A stretch of 64,000 nucleotides of DNA from the NCBI GenBank assembly GCA_050575255.1, contig JBNZDD010013728.1, positions 7,040,676-7,104,675 of the forward strand. Direction: 5' to 3'. Every line of letters starts with the position of its first letter. Within the stretch, counting starts at the first letter, position 1. A program made the position numbers and the translations under genes. Positions 13,568-25,369 of this stretch are shown in pieces. The stretch is from Harriotta raleighana (taxonomy: Eukaryota). Below the pieces are notes generated by a model. That model had not been told where the DNA came from and did no database searches. It worked only from the letters and a program-made list of their open reading frames with translations.

Positions 13568-13810
13568 CAAACAACAACAACAACATTACACTTGTACAGC
13601 GATTTTCACATCAGGAGGACGCCACAAGGCGCTGGATAGTCAATGTTTCAGACCCAAGCTGGGGTCGGCCACATGGAGGGTGGAGGAAAAGGAGGGCATT
13701 TGGGGTGACCAATCAGACCGTCACAGAGAAGGGTCATAAGGCGGCATTTGAAGGAGGCTATGAAGGGGGCGAGGTGGAGATACTGCAGGATGGAATTCCA
13801 GAGGTTAGGA
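13568..13810 (-). mobile_element. L2 LINE 3' fragment
   Basis: (CAA)n followed by ttttcacatcaggaggacgccacaaggcgctgga and ggatggaattccagag. Confidence 0.7.
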
Positions 13811-14473
13811 ACAAATGTATGTGACACAACCTATGTGAAAGGCGCTATAAACACACAGATTGTCATTAGATTTCATAGTGCATCGCTCTAGAGGGGACCT
13901 TGAAAGTAACGTTTGAAAGATACAACAGGCAATTTGTTGGCAGGTCTTCCAGGGGCAATCATTCACTTGATCATAGGGATTGTTCCCACTCGGCTCCTAT
14001 TAATCTTGTAATAATAATATATTATTAACCCTAATGGATTGGGTGGTCCTAGCTGGACAGGCAGGAACATATTTACCAGATTGTAATTGCAATGTCCTTT
14101 TAGCTGGACAATCTCCATCAGTACTCCCAACGCATTTTTGTGGTCCTCAAGTTTTGGTCAAATGGTTTTCAGAATTAGGTAAGCAGTGTGCATCCGTCTG
14201 GGGAGAGAATGCATTTCAATTCCATACACAGGGATATTTCCATGTGTAGGTAGCATAAGTAGTGGAACTCAGTCTGGTTTCGATGCTCTTCAGTATGGTG
14301 AGGGCTTCAGAAGACAGAAAAAATATATACTGTACGCTAGGCTCTGTCTGCTTATGATATGAATTAGCATCGTAAGAGGATTCAAGGTAAGAGCAGTACA
14401 TGCTGATAAGGAGAGATCACAAAAAAGGTTGGCGAACAAAAAGTTGGAAATAAGGATTGTATTGGATTTAAGA

Positions 14474-14768
14474 TCATAATAATCCTTGCATTTGATATAG
14501 CGCTTTTCACATCTTCTAGACCTCTCAAAGCACTCACAGAATATACTGTAAAGTGAATTAACTGTATATAAGTGGGCAAAACGCGGCAGCCAATTACGCA
14601 CAGCAGTGTTCCACAAACAGTCGTGGATTGAAATGACCAATTTTTTTTTAGGGATTAGTTTAGATGTGTGGAATAAGGAAACTTGCCCTTGGTTTCACCA
14701 TGCCTGGAATTGAACCCAGGTCTCTCTCTTGTAAGACGAGTGCTCTAGCCACTGAGCTACTGGACTCC
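14474..14768 (-). mobile_element. SINE family 1, full length
   Basis: Minus strand begins GGAGTCCAGTAGCTCAGTGGCTAGAGCA (A-box), has B-box GGTTCAATTCC, the Deu-like core and a (TTA)n tail. Confidence 0.85.
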
Positions 14769-15459
14769 ATTAGATAACATGATATGCTAAATAAATACAA
14801 ATCTCAAATTTTACTTAAAATCTGTAATTAAAATAAATGAATATAGTGCTATTTTGAATTGATAATTCTAATACTGTAATCTCTCCATTTGGTACCGTGT
14901 CCTTCATGTCAGGACGCCCCAAAGCTCTTCATAGTCTAGACTGTAATGTAGTGACTGTATATCTTGTAGATACTGTATAATCCATAGAAAGTGCAACTGT
15001 GGAAGTCATTTACTAAATGTTACTGACTTAAAACAAGTTATAGATAACAAGATAACAAGCCTTTAATCTATTTCAGAACAAAATAGCAAGGTGTTCTACT
15101 CCCCTACCTCCTTGTACTTTTGAAATGTCACCTTTACCATTTGTTTCTAAATCCTCCAGAATGTGTTTGACAAGGGAAAAAGACGTAATAATAAATAATA
15201 ATCCTTACATTGATAGTGCCTTATCACATTTTGAGATGTCTCAAAGCACTTCACAGAATTTTCTGTGAAGTGAATTGACTGTTTATTTTGTAGACAAAGT
15301 ATATATATATATATACACCTAGATGTATAAACAGATGCAAAAGAGGCATGTGACTGGGTCACACAATACAAGAAAACAAAGAAATGCAGTATAAATGGCA
15401 TGTAAACAGGACAGATTCCAATACAAACGCACAAACAGATGGAAATGGGGACAAAGTGC

Positions 15460-15675
15460 AAAATACTGCAGATGCTGGAATTCTAAAACAAAAACAGAAA
15501 TCGCTGCGAATACTCAGCAGCTCAGGCAGCATCTATGGAGAAAGGCAAGTAAATCAACATTCCGGGTCCATTCTGACAAAGGGTCGTGAACTTGAAACAA
15601 AGTCTCACTTTCCTTTCTCCATAGATGCCGCCTGACTTGCTGAGTGTTCCCAGCGATTTTTGTTTTTGTTTTAGA
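15460..15675. mobile_element. Penelope-like element derived inverted-repeat (hairpin) remnant
   Basis: 64-bp arms at 15482-15545 and 15612-15675 with 6 mismatches. The loop holds a CTGA..GAAAC hammerhead-like core. Confidence 0.65.
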
Positions 15676-16894
15676 CAAGGGATGTGGGAGGGGGTGGGTG
15701 GCAGTATTAGGGACAGCGATTATAAAATCTGGCTACAAACAGATCTAAATGTGCTGTGTGATAAGAATAAATGATAAGAAGAACACAACACTGAGGGAGA
15801 TTTGTGCCAAGTTGCTTTGTTTTAACTGAATATTGTTAAGCAAATACCATTAAATATTGACGGTATGCACTTCTGTGACTTCTTAAAAATATCTCTGATA
15901 GGAGGCTTGCATTCAGGAAATTGCAGGGTTTAAAACTAGACCGAAGGAATTTTCTAGGAATGAAGGAAACTGCTCACAGAAATACCTGACAAATCTACTC
16001 AAAAGAATCCTGCCAACCATACTGTACTTCTTTAGCTTGTGAAAAAAACGACAGTAATTAACACTGTTACATGGATCATACACACATGAAACCTGGCCTT
16101 TTTCCCCTTTTATAACTACAAATTTAGAGCTGCTTTTGCATTTTCACATTCAAAATAGCTGGATTAATTTGGTCAGAATGCCTGCCATCTACGAAAAGAC
16201 AAACACTTACTTTAACAAAAGGCTTACTGTGGGGACAGCTTAAGACTATACTGCAAAGCAGGGGAGAGTGTGCAATATACATCGTTGGCAAGCTGTCTTC
16301 TTGCACATGCATTTCTGGAGTGGAAAAGATGCACTGGACACAATGGGACCAACATTTGCTTTTCGTTAACATTGGGCTCAAACCACATTTAATGAATTCT
16401 CTTAGCTAAGTGCTAACACATTCGTATGAGGACCTCGTTTCCCTGAACGAAAAATCTAATTTCATTAGCAAGAGCCAAAAACAGCATAGCCAATCATGTT
16501 GACCCTGTAGAAATGGGTTGCTGACATTTGTAAACAGCAAATGAGTCAAGTGAGGGTGTAAAACGGCTGACACCTACAAACACAGCTCTGGAATGCGGAA
16601 TACTTATAGGGCAATGGCTGATTGGGAAATTCGGAAGTGAGGTTTCAGAGGGGGCCGGCAATTCTTTGTGAATGCTGTGAGTGACCATGGTATTTTTGAT
16701 GAGGAACAGATCATTTCCTCCCATTCCCTCCCCACAGACACAAACACCATATACACATACCTCATACACACCCCACCCCCTCCCCGCCCATTACACATAC
16801 ACATTCATATTAAAATACACATACACACAGATTATACCACCCCCTCCACACACATACCTCAATATCAAACAATAACAAGTTGCATTTATAAACA

Positions 16895-17110
16895 GCAACA
16901 TTACCAAATTTACATTTATATAGGGCCTTTCACGTTGGGAGGATGTCCCAAGCCACTGGGTAGTCAAGGCTTTGTACCGGAGCTGGGGGTTGGAATGAAG
17001 AGAGGTGGAGGATAAGGTGAATGGATGACTGAAGGCACAGTCAAAAGAAAAGTACTGAGATGGACCTTGAAGGAGATAAGAGAAGAGATGGGGCAAAGGA
17101 ACTTTGAAAT
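16895..17110 (-). mobile_element. L2 LINE 3' fragment
   Basis: aaatttacatttatatagggcctttcacgttgggaggatgtcccaag tail in antisense. Confidence 0.7.
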
Positions 17111-18363
17111 GTAGTTCACAAGCTTTTCAGCCTAACCAAAGCATTCTGACTAGATAATGCTGCACTTTCAATACAACCTCAGTCAAAATGTTTTCACAAG
17201 AAGGCAAAGCATGCTTTATATATTTGGGCTTTGCCTTTTCTGTTAGTTTTTGGAATTTAGATCAAGTCAAGATCAAAAGCAGGAAAAACTCCCCCCCATC
17301 CCCCCTCTGCCCACAGGTTAACCCAAAAGGTCTCTGATCCACAGTAATATCTGGTCTGTGGCAAGTTTTTAACTATTGATAAGAGGTACACAGGGTTTCA
17401 ATGTAGGACTTGACATTGTTTCTCCAGAGTTGAGGCAGTACTGTATTTACAACAACAGGCTCGAGGTTTAATGTTCAATTCATGTTCAACCTTATCCTTT
17501 GGCTTTATAAAACCTGACCTAAAACCAAGCTTAAACTTTTGAGGACTAAGTTCAGTTTTGGAACCAATCTTTACACAATCTGACCTCACAAAATACAGTA
17601 CCAACTTTTCATTGAAAACAACGAGCACAGGAATTTATCCGGTGAAGTGACTTCATAACCCATAACCTATTTCAGTCATTAATTATGTAATCAAATCCAG
17701 TAAACACACATACCAGTTGCCAATAGGTACAAGCCAATGGAAACATTGTTATCCTACCAGAATTACACCAACACAGAGGTAAAACACTCTTATTCCATTT
17801 GTCAATGGAGCAATCCACACCCTGCCACTGAGCCAATACAAAAACTATAATTTTTCATTCTCTACACAACAATTAAACTATTATTAGGGATTCATTATCT
17901 GCCAAGTGGTAAAGTTTTTTTCAATAAAGCAGCATACATTTATACCACACTCTCCAGGTGGGGTAGTGTATTGAAGCGCTGAATGCTCGAATCCTCGTAT
18001 GTGGTGGGATTTCATAAGAAAAAGGTCAATACAGATATTTTTTAGTGTTTGGCACGTGAAAGGCTGACAGACGAGACCTAATTCTAGCCTGCAGAATGTT
18101 TTTTTTTAAAAAGTCAAGATGGACAAGGATCTGTGGAGAACTCTTACACTTTATTTAGACACTGATTTCCTGCAGTTCTTCAAGCAATTCAGCTTCTAAT
18201 TTAAGACAGAATTTAAGAATTTTCCACAATTCTACATGATCTGGAATTTTAGATCAAGTCTTATGGGCTATGTAGAATGGAAATCTGGGCCATGCGCTAC
18301 TAAACGTAGCATTTCAAAGTGGATCCTAAAACCAGTTTGAAAACAAACTCCCTTTGCCTTTAC

Positions 18364-19959
18364 CTGTTGGATCCGGGAAGCAGCTGTTAGCACCCCAGCT
18401 CTGGTACAGTGCAGACAGGTCTTGGGGACTGTAAGCCTGAAAGATATTATAAGCATCCATGTGCTTGGAAGCCTGATCAGGTTCAGATGGTGACTCTCGA
18501 TTGATGGTCGTACGTAATGGTGCAGAGTCTCCCAAAGAGCTGGGACAGCGCTGCCACATCAGCACATTCACTCGCCCACTAAGGTCGCAGTTCCTGGACG
18601 GTGTCAACTCATGTAAGCCGCTCGTCGGGGAGGGTTGTTGCAGCGTAACAATGTCTTTATGTCTCGGGCACTGTTCACTTGTGTGTACCACTCTGCATTC
18701 GGGCGTTTGACTAACATTGATTTTTGATGAGTCAAATTGGAAAGGGGAAGCAGGAAGTGCATACCCAGTACCTTCCTGTGGGAAAAATGCCTCCTGATAT
18801 ATTGTGGTACTCTCGCTCGGCATGCTAGGTCTCAGGATTGGAGCCTGGGCAGGCAGCAGGTGATTTTTAAGGTTACCAACCAGGGACGTCTTCTGCCGGA
18901 CCTCTGGCTTTGACCTGACCATTTGTTGTTCTGAAGCAAAGCTGTATTGATTGTAACCATTCCGATTTTGCTGCCAGCAGGTGTCCAGGCCCAAGCCATC
19001 AGACCCCATTCTCCCCGGCTGGGGACAAACTCTGCGCTGTGCTGCTGTGGGACGTTTTCTTGAAGGGAGCGAATTTGCTATTGGGGTTGGCGATTTGTTC
19101 TGACATGGGGCGTGGGTGCGTATAGCTCTAGCAGTGGGTAAAGGAGAGCTGTCTTTACCCCCCAGGACAGGAGGCGGCCCAGTGCGCCTACCTCTAACAA
19201 CATGAAGCACATCCTGATGCCCGCCTTTGAACGCATTACTGGGAAGCCATTTAGGAACTGTTGCATTGAGGTTCAACTTGTGCACCACACGTTGATGCAT
19301 TGAGAGAACCTCTGGGTAGAAGGTTGTGTGATCACAAAACTGACAGAGGTGGGTTACCACGGGACTCTGTGGCAATGAGGTAGATGAATCCTTCAGAACT
19401 AAGCTACTATTGCAAGCACTCTTTTTAAGAAGAGCTGAGGTCAGATCCAAAGGAAATCTATCTTGGGCTACTTGATCTTGGACATCGATAGCCTGGTCTT
19501 TGCCTACATCTTGTGAAATGCATTCTCCACTTGAACCAATTTCATCTGAACTGTCCAACTGCACTGACTCTGAACTCGTCGAAATCATTCCACCGTCTGA
19601 CGTTTTCTGACAACTGGTGAATAAGCTGGAGTGAATGGCATTTCCCAAGATTTTGTAAGAGCCAGTGCGCTCCTTTTTCTGTCGTTTCACTGGTACATCA
19701 ATTTCGGCTTTACAGCTGTATTCCTCAGAGGTTATGTCAGACCTTTTAACATCCAAATAGTAAGTGGCATCCCCAGAAGAGGGAGAGGTTCCAGTTCCTA
19801 CTGTTCGAGACAAAGCTGCCTGAGTGCTGTTGCTGGTGTCTGTAATATCCTCATTAGATTCAAACCGAGGTCCCGTGTAATGTTGATCCATGTGGCATTG
19901 TAGTAAGATCAACTTGGTCGCTGCATAGTCACAATGAAAACATTTGTATGGCTTTTCTC
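18364..19959 (-). CDS. ZNF516: ZNF516 second coding exon (1596 nt) with a C2H2 finger, PLDLT and RRTGPPP CtBP-binding motifs and the atypical CQFCDHTTFYPEVLSMHQRVVH finger
   Basis: Acceptor ttcttctctgcag|GAGAAAAG and donor CCAACAG|GTAAAG, both phase 1. The ORF is open throughout, with PLDLT at 19439-19453 and RRTGPPP at 19169-19189. Confidence 0.9.
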
Positions 19960-20904
19960 CTGCAGAGAAGAACAAACAAGGGCCTTTCAGAAAGGATGCA
20001 CTCACAATTAAAACACACTTTACTTCAGACCAGGGATAAATGCACTGATGTTACAGAATTGCAGAGAATGCGTTTAGCAATTTTTTTTATTAAACAAAGG
20101 TCGCTTCTCGTTGTGCTCAGTTTGGATGAGATTAAACGGGGAATGTAATTTGGTCATCTTTTACTGAATCGGTAGAGGGCAAAATTAAATTAGCAACCAC
20201 ACAACAACGTCTGGCTGCATATTGTAGTAAATGAAGAAAGAACATGTGTCTTCAATTTGAGGTGCTCTGTTTTTGCCACATTACGAAACAGGTCTGTGCA
20301 AACCTTTTTTTTCAAATAAAGTAAAACAGAAACAAAGGTTTGACATATATAAACCTCCTCTTGAGGTACAAATAAATTCACATTTAAAAATACTTTATTT
20401 ATGAGGCGCTAGTTTACACATTTCCTCTGCTCCAGCTGCAGAGCTCATGTTTCTTTTGGTGCCTGTGGTGTTCCTTTGCCAGCAGAAGTGGTGCAGTTAG
20501 AATTCAGTAACACAACACTGGGACATCTCCCAAAGACGCTCGTGATCAGTGGCCTGATGGTAAAGCAGTGAAGTGTTCATTTATCACCTCCATGTTCACA
20601 GGATCCAGTCCCAGGTGAGGCCTGACGCTCTGAACACTTCTCAGCCGCATTCTCTCCTAGGGCTACGAGTTAAGCGATAAATAAAAATTTGAACAATCCC
20701 AAATGAGCTCCTTATTAATACGGCAACACTCAAAAGATGAAAATCTGGAATCTGCACCCTGGAGGTTATTTTCGTGCATTATATGAGTGTTCCTGATTCC
20801 AACTAAGCCGGTCCATCAGAGGATGAAGATCATAGTCAGAAGTTGCACTGTGTACAGTTTAAACAAGTAACAAACATCGTCACAGCAATGTTTCACAAAC
20901 CAGC

Positions 20905-21160
20905 AATTTTACTTGGGCGACTGCGGGCCTGGGCACCGGAAGAAAGTCCCTTCTCTTTTCGAGTAATACCATGGCATCTTTAACACCCACCTGAACAGGC
21001 CGATGGGCCGTGGTTTTATATACGTCATCTGAAGGATCACACCTCTGCACAGCAACACTGGAGTGTCAGCCTTGACTGTGAGTTCAAAATCTTGATGCGG
21101 GGCCCAAACTTTCAACCTTCTAACTCGGGGGCAAGGGTGATACCAACTGACCTTGGCTGC
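20905..21160 (-). mobile_element. SINE family 2 copy (others at about 370-600, 32220-32325, 38715-39010, 50005-50300, 54780-55240 and 55255-55500)
   Basis: Antisense of tcagttggtatca, aaggctgacactccagtg and ttaaagatgccatggtattactcgaa. Confidence 0.6.
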
Positions 21161-23619
21161 CACCCTGTCATCATCCAGGGGCCATTGAAAAGTAGAGGAT
21201 AAATAAATATCAGTGACATCTTGGGACCATTATGTTTAAGACCATAATCCTATCCACTGATACCTTCCCGTTTGAAACCCCGCAGGCTGCAAGACTCAAG
21301 ACAGCTACAGAGCACCTTGCACTCTGAACAAATGAAACACTGATTAATCAATGTTGTACTGAATACAATTAAACTTTAAATAGTACATCTACCAGCGTTT
21401 TCTAGACATCTTGGCCTAAACGGCAACACACTTCAAAGATCAACCAAGACACTAATGTGTTCCTTGCATAAAATGTTAAACAGAGGTCGGATCTGTCTGT
21501 TCAGGTGGAAATTAAAGATTTACCAGGTAAAATTTGTCACTCATTCCACAGCTGTCTGCGAGACATTCACAAATTGGCTGCCATGTTCGTCTACAAAATA
21601 ACACATTACAGTAAATCTTATGAAGCACTTTAAGACAACCTCCCTGTGTGAAACGTGTTACATCAAATACAAGGGTTATTGATTTATTATTTAAGTCTAT
21701 TCACTGGTCAGACTGACCTTTGCAAAATCTGCTGATCTTTGCCTAGTTGCTCAATGCTAATTGTCCATTACAAACTCACAATATAATAATACTGTATTTG
21801 CATTTTATATAGTCTCTATCACATTGAAACATCTCAACGCACTTCACAGTCTTTTTAAATGTGTATTTGATTGTGCGCTGTGTATTTATGAACAAAGGCT
21901 ATAGCCAATTTGCACACAGTAAGGTCCAAAAAACAATTGTAAAGAGAATGACCAATTTACCTGGGAGATTTTTGGATTTTTGCTGAAACAGCAGCAACAA
22001 AATTATATTTGTAGAGTGCCTTTCAAGTCAGGAGGTCGTCTCAAGGCACTGAAATTAAAGCCACTAGGTTGATGCTACTAAATAACGCATCAAATAAATA
22101 ATGAATATACCACAGAGGTCATGAATACAAGTCCACCGAACATCGAAATAATAATACAGTAATAATATAGCACTTTTCACGTCTTCTAGGTATCTCAAAG
22201 CATTTCACAGAATGTACTGTAAAGTGAATTGACTGAATATTTGTGGGCGAAATCACCAAAACAGACACTACATCTTTCTAAAATTACAAAATATATAGAA
22301 AATTTCACCACGGTTCCCATCCATTTCAGATATGACTAGATACCCCAGTGTTTCAGTTTTCACACTGATACCAAAGGAGAAATCTGGTGGCACGTCTTTT
22401 AAGCAGCAAGTCACAAATGTGCCACTAGGCGGTTCCAAGAGCAAACTGCAACTGAGCAGAACATTCGCTGCAGAACATCATGAAGTTTTATTGTTCCTCC
22501 ATAGTCTTCTTTCACTAGGGAGCAGCAGAGACTGCATCAAGTATAAACAGTGAATCTGCTTTGATGATAACTACAGATTAGAATAAAGGGAAAAGGGTTC
22601 CTATTTTTTAAGAAAAGCTATCACACTTGGAATATTCGCCTCTTATCATCAAGTTAGAGACAAGTATAGTGCTTTAACTGTATAAGAATTATCCAATAGC
22701 AGCTGATAACCGTAATAAAAATAATCCTTGCGTTTGGTGTAGTCTTATCACGTCTTTGAGGACTTGGCAAAGCGCTTCACAGGATACACTGCAAAGATCA
22801 GCTCTTCCAATTCTTGTTCTTAATTTACAGGCATTGCTCAATTTTATTCAAGTACATTTTCCTAAAGCATAACATCCCCACACAAACACACATAAACTCA
22901 CTATCAATCACTTGAAGCAAGTATAACCCGAGACACTATAATAATTAACCTCAAAAGCCAATTCCCATGCAAGTTAGAGCCATATGTGAAAAGAATGCTG
23001 CAGATTTCTCAGGCATTAACACGCAAGGCTGGGAAGCTGGTCATTCAAGAACATGTTCAAATCTCCATCTGGCATAACTATTTCCTAAAGAACATAAACT
23101 AATACAAAAATGAAAATGGGAAGGGCTCAGCTTTGAACTTGAATGTATAACATCTGATGCAGAGTATTGTTTGGTGCTTGCTTGACGGACATAGTTCCAT
23201 CATAACATTGAATAAAACAAGTGTCTTTTTGGTGAAAAGGCCTCCCTTTAAATCCCTTTGCTTGCTCTCCCCACAATTGACTAAATCCCTGCCCAAATGG
23301 ACAAGTCCGCCTCCAGATCTCTGCAGATATAAGCCTTTGTCATAGGAGAACATCTAACACCTCCTCACACCCACCTGCTTGAGTTTGGAAACTCAGTGTG
23401 TAGAGGAGAAAGCTGTGAAATTTGCATTTGAGTGATTGTGAGATGATTGATTGCTTCCAATTTGTCTGAAAATATTAAATAGTATATTATTTGACATACT
23501 TCAGGTTCTTCAAATGACATCCTATACAAGAGATATTTGTTCAGATATATTCATGAACGAAGTACTGTACAGGTATTTAGAATGATAGCAAGTTCACTGA
23601 AGGAAATCACTTAGCATGT

Positions 23620-23765
23620 CCCTTTCCTGGTAGTAACTCTCCCACGAGATGATTCCCCCTGTTTCTATTTCCCCATTGCCTTTAAGAATGCGTTTACTCA
23701 AGTATTTATTTAATTCCTTTTTAAATGCTGTTATGGACCCAATTTCAATAATCAAATTACACAAA
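23620..23765 (-). mobile_element. CR1 LINE 3' end fragment
   Basis: SITAFKKELNKYL...LKGNG resembles the CR1 ORF2 terminus (FK.ELD.YL...GYG). Confidence 0.55.
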
Positions 23766-25051
23766 TACTCTTTGCAGGGTATTTTACTTTCTAGGGAAAT
23801 ATCCTGAACGTTCTTGACCAGGAATAGACAAAAAAGGATTAAGGATACAGCAGTCAAAAGTTTAACAGTCACGTTATCTGTTTGTTAGGCTTGTGAAGGA
23901 TATGAAGAAATTAAGAGTTGATTTTGATGTGTTAATGGATTTCTTAATGCCAAACTGATCCCCGTGTCTTTAAAGAATTGAAAGCAACAAGAATTCTTTG
24001 TCTTATTGAAGGTCCTGGAGGAGATCAAGGCTTAGTAATTCCCAAGAGGAATTATTAAAAGAAGTACAAAGATTGTGCCTGTTGTGTGGAAATGATTTGA
24101 AGATTTATCAACGTGTAGTGGAATCATCAGCAAAACAGTTAATGATTTTTTGGGTGAGTAGAGGAGGAAGAACATGAATTTGAGAATCCATGAGCTGATG
24201 GAAACATAAGATTGTAGATGAATCATCAGCTACGGTTTATAAGAAAACTAGATAAGCAGGAAGATAAGATTGCAACTTGTTTAGTAATGCTTGGTGCCAG
24301 TCCCTGTCCAAGACATTAGAGATGTCAAAACCAATGAATAACCCAAATCTTCAAGAGCTGACTCAGTGTTGGACAACATAGGCAAGTCTACCAATGAAGC
24401 CACCATGGCAACAATTCAAATGTACAGTGTGAAGGATACTTGTTGCTAACACGGACAAAACAGAGAAATTATAAAATCAGGATTTAAAATTATCACATGA
24501 ATTAAAATGACCCAAACGTCAATTAAATATAGCGTGCTAAGGATTTAGAGCATTAAACTGGATGCAAGCAAAAATATTTTTACAGCTACCAAACAATGAC
24601 TTACTGTTTTTCATTAGATATTTGTGCATTTATTTCATGTGAACAACGCCAACTTCTGCACAATACTTTGTAAATTCTTTGGCAGCAATCGGTCGTAAGA
24701 GAACTGTATGTACTGCCAGCAATGAATAGAGTTAAACAAATGACTGCACCCCCTAATTATAAGCAACCTGGTGATAGCTTCTCACAGATTTTTTACACTG
24801 AATAACCTCACTCAGACAAGAACTTGCACCTTGTCTGTTATTCACCCATATCTATCGCTTCAGCTCTTTTACCTAAAGCATACAGAAAATGCCTGCCTGT
24901 CTATCTGGTTAACCAGTTTCCATTTTGATCTGGCCAAAATTCCCATTGTTGTATTTTCAATGGCATACCTGAAATTTTAAACTGAACTTAAAAGGTTACT
25001 ATTATTGAAAAATAGTACACTTAAGACTACTTCAGTCACACCCGATTCCAA

Positions 25052-25369
25052 AATCCTATAGCTCAATGGTTACATCATTCGCCTTATAAGCATGAGACCT
25101 GTGTTTCGAATCCAGGCAGGTCAGTGCGAAACCTTGGGCGTTTCTTTACTCCAACACGCCTAATAATAATCCGTCCCAAAAAAACCACAATAATAAAATT
25201 GGTCATTTCAATCCACGACTGTTTGTGGGACACTGCTGTGCGCAATTGGCTGTCGCGTTTCGCCCACAAATATACAGTCAATTCACTCTACAGTATATTC
25301 TGTGAAGCGCTTTGAGAAGTCTAGAAGACATGAAAAGCGCTATATCAAGTGCAAGGATCATTATTATTA
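25052..25369 (+). mobile_element. SINE family 1, full length
   Basis: tagctcaatggt A-box, gttcgaatcc B-box, core and tail. Confidence 0.85.

Noticed and set aside
19960-20005. N-terminal extension MSASFLKGPCLFFSA of the 559-aa ORF (and the C-terminal tails at 18326-18363 and 35484-35512)
   Set aside because: This is intronic read-through beyond clear splice sites.
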